Origin: Squalus acanthias | Lineage: Eukaryota | Reading direction: 5' to 3' | DNA length: 64,000 nucleotides | Assembly: GCA_030390025.1 (NCBI GenBank) | Contig: CM059432.1 | Span: 15,068,001-15,132,000 of the forward strand | Shown: positions 63,373-64,000 of the stretch, piece after piece | How the letters are laid out: each line of letters starts with the position of its first letter | How positions within the stretch are numbered: position 1 is the first letter of the stretch | Translations under genes and position numbers: made by a program | Notes under the pieces: model-generated | Told to the model about the DNA's origin: nothing | Seen by the model: only the letters and a program-made list of their open reading frames with translations | The model's database searches: none

Positions 63373-63648
63373 ACAACAACAACAATAACTTATACTTATA
63401 TAGCGTCTTTAACGCAATAAAAGGTCCCAAGGCGTTTCACAGGAGCGTTATCAAAAAAAAAACTAAATTTGACACCGAACCATATAAGATGTTAGGGCAG
63501 ATGACCAAAAGCTTGGTCAAAGAGGTAGGTTTTGAGGAGCGTCTTAAAGGAGGAAAGAGAAGTGGAGAGGTGGAGAGAAGATTTAGAGAGGGAATTCCAG
63601 AGCTTAGGACCTAGGCAGCTGAAAGGCACGACTGCCAATGGTCGAGCT
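63373..63648 (-). mobile_element. L2 3' tail
   Basis: (aac)n then ttatatagcgtctttaac...cttggtcaaagaggtaggttt. Confidence 0.8.
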
Positions 63649-63820
63649 TTTAAAATAATTTAAAATGAATGTAAATCAGGTAGACCCCAGTGACCCACCC
63701 CACCCAATTCTGCCCAGGTGATACTTAATGTCCTCGCACAAAAAAGGAAAATCTGCCATCTTATATCAGCTTTAAAGGGTTGCGTTGTTCCCGACAAGCT
63801 TCAGCCAGTTGGAAATCTTT

Positions 63821-64000
63821 ATAGAAACATAGAAACATAGAATCTAGGAGCAGGAGTAGGCCATTCGGCCCGTCGAGCCTGCTCCACCATTCAATACGAT
63901 CATGGATGATCATCCAAGTCCAGTACCCTGTCCCTGCTTTAATCCCCACAGTACACATATCCCACCCTACCCCCATAACCCCACGTATTTAATTCCCCCT
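63821..64000 (-). mobile_element. 3' part of an HE1-like SINE, cut by the window edge
   Basis: Near-identical to 1110-1310, including cacatatcccaccc and ccccacgtatttaattccccct. Confidence 0.8.

Overview
Repeat-rich vertebrate genomic DNA, most likely from a cartilaginous fish (inferred from HE1-like V-SINEs, Deu-core SINEs and abundant CR1/L2/RTE LINEs). I can support only one host coding exon: a 294-bp phase 1/1 exon on the minus strand (51062-51355) encoding the first fibronectin type III domain of an R2B receptor tyrosine phosphatase, closest to PTPRM. The rest of the window is therefore probably intronic. It contains LINE fragments, tRNA-headed SINEs, non-autonomous DNA transposons, four minisatellites and a purine tract. 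The most interesting items are: (1) several 90-205 bp Penelope-like inserts, each starting at or containing a minimal hammerhead ribozyme motif and mostly flanked by 8-13 bp target-site duplications; (2) one of these forms a 79/80-bp inverted repeat inside a 2.4-kb minisatellite; (3) a 3.3-kb single-ORF LINE with a tRNA-like Pol III head, with ORF-less SINE-like derivatives in the same window; (4) a CTCF/RFX motif cluster 3-4 kb from the exon. No prokaryotic system, CRISPR array or intact RNA gene is supported. Family names come from recall and motif recognition, not database searches, and most repeat boundaries are approximate.
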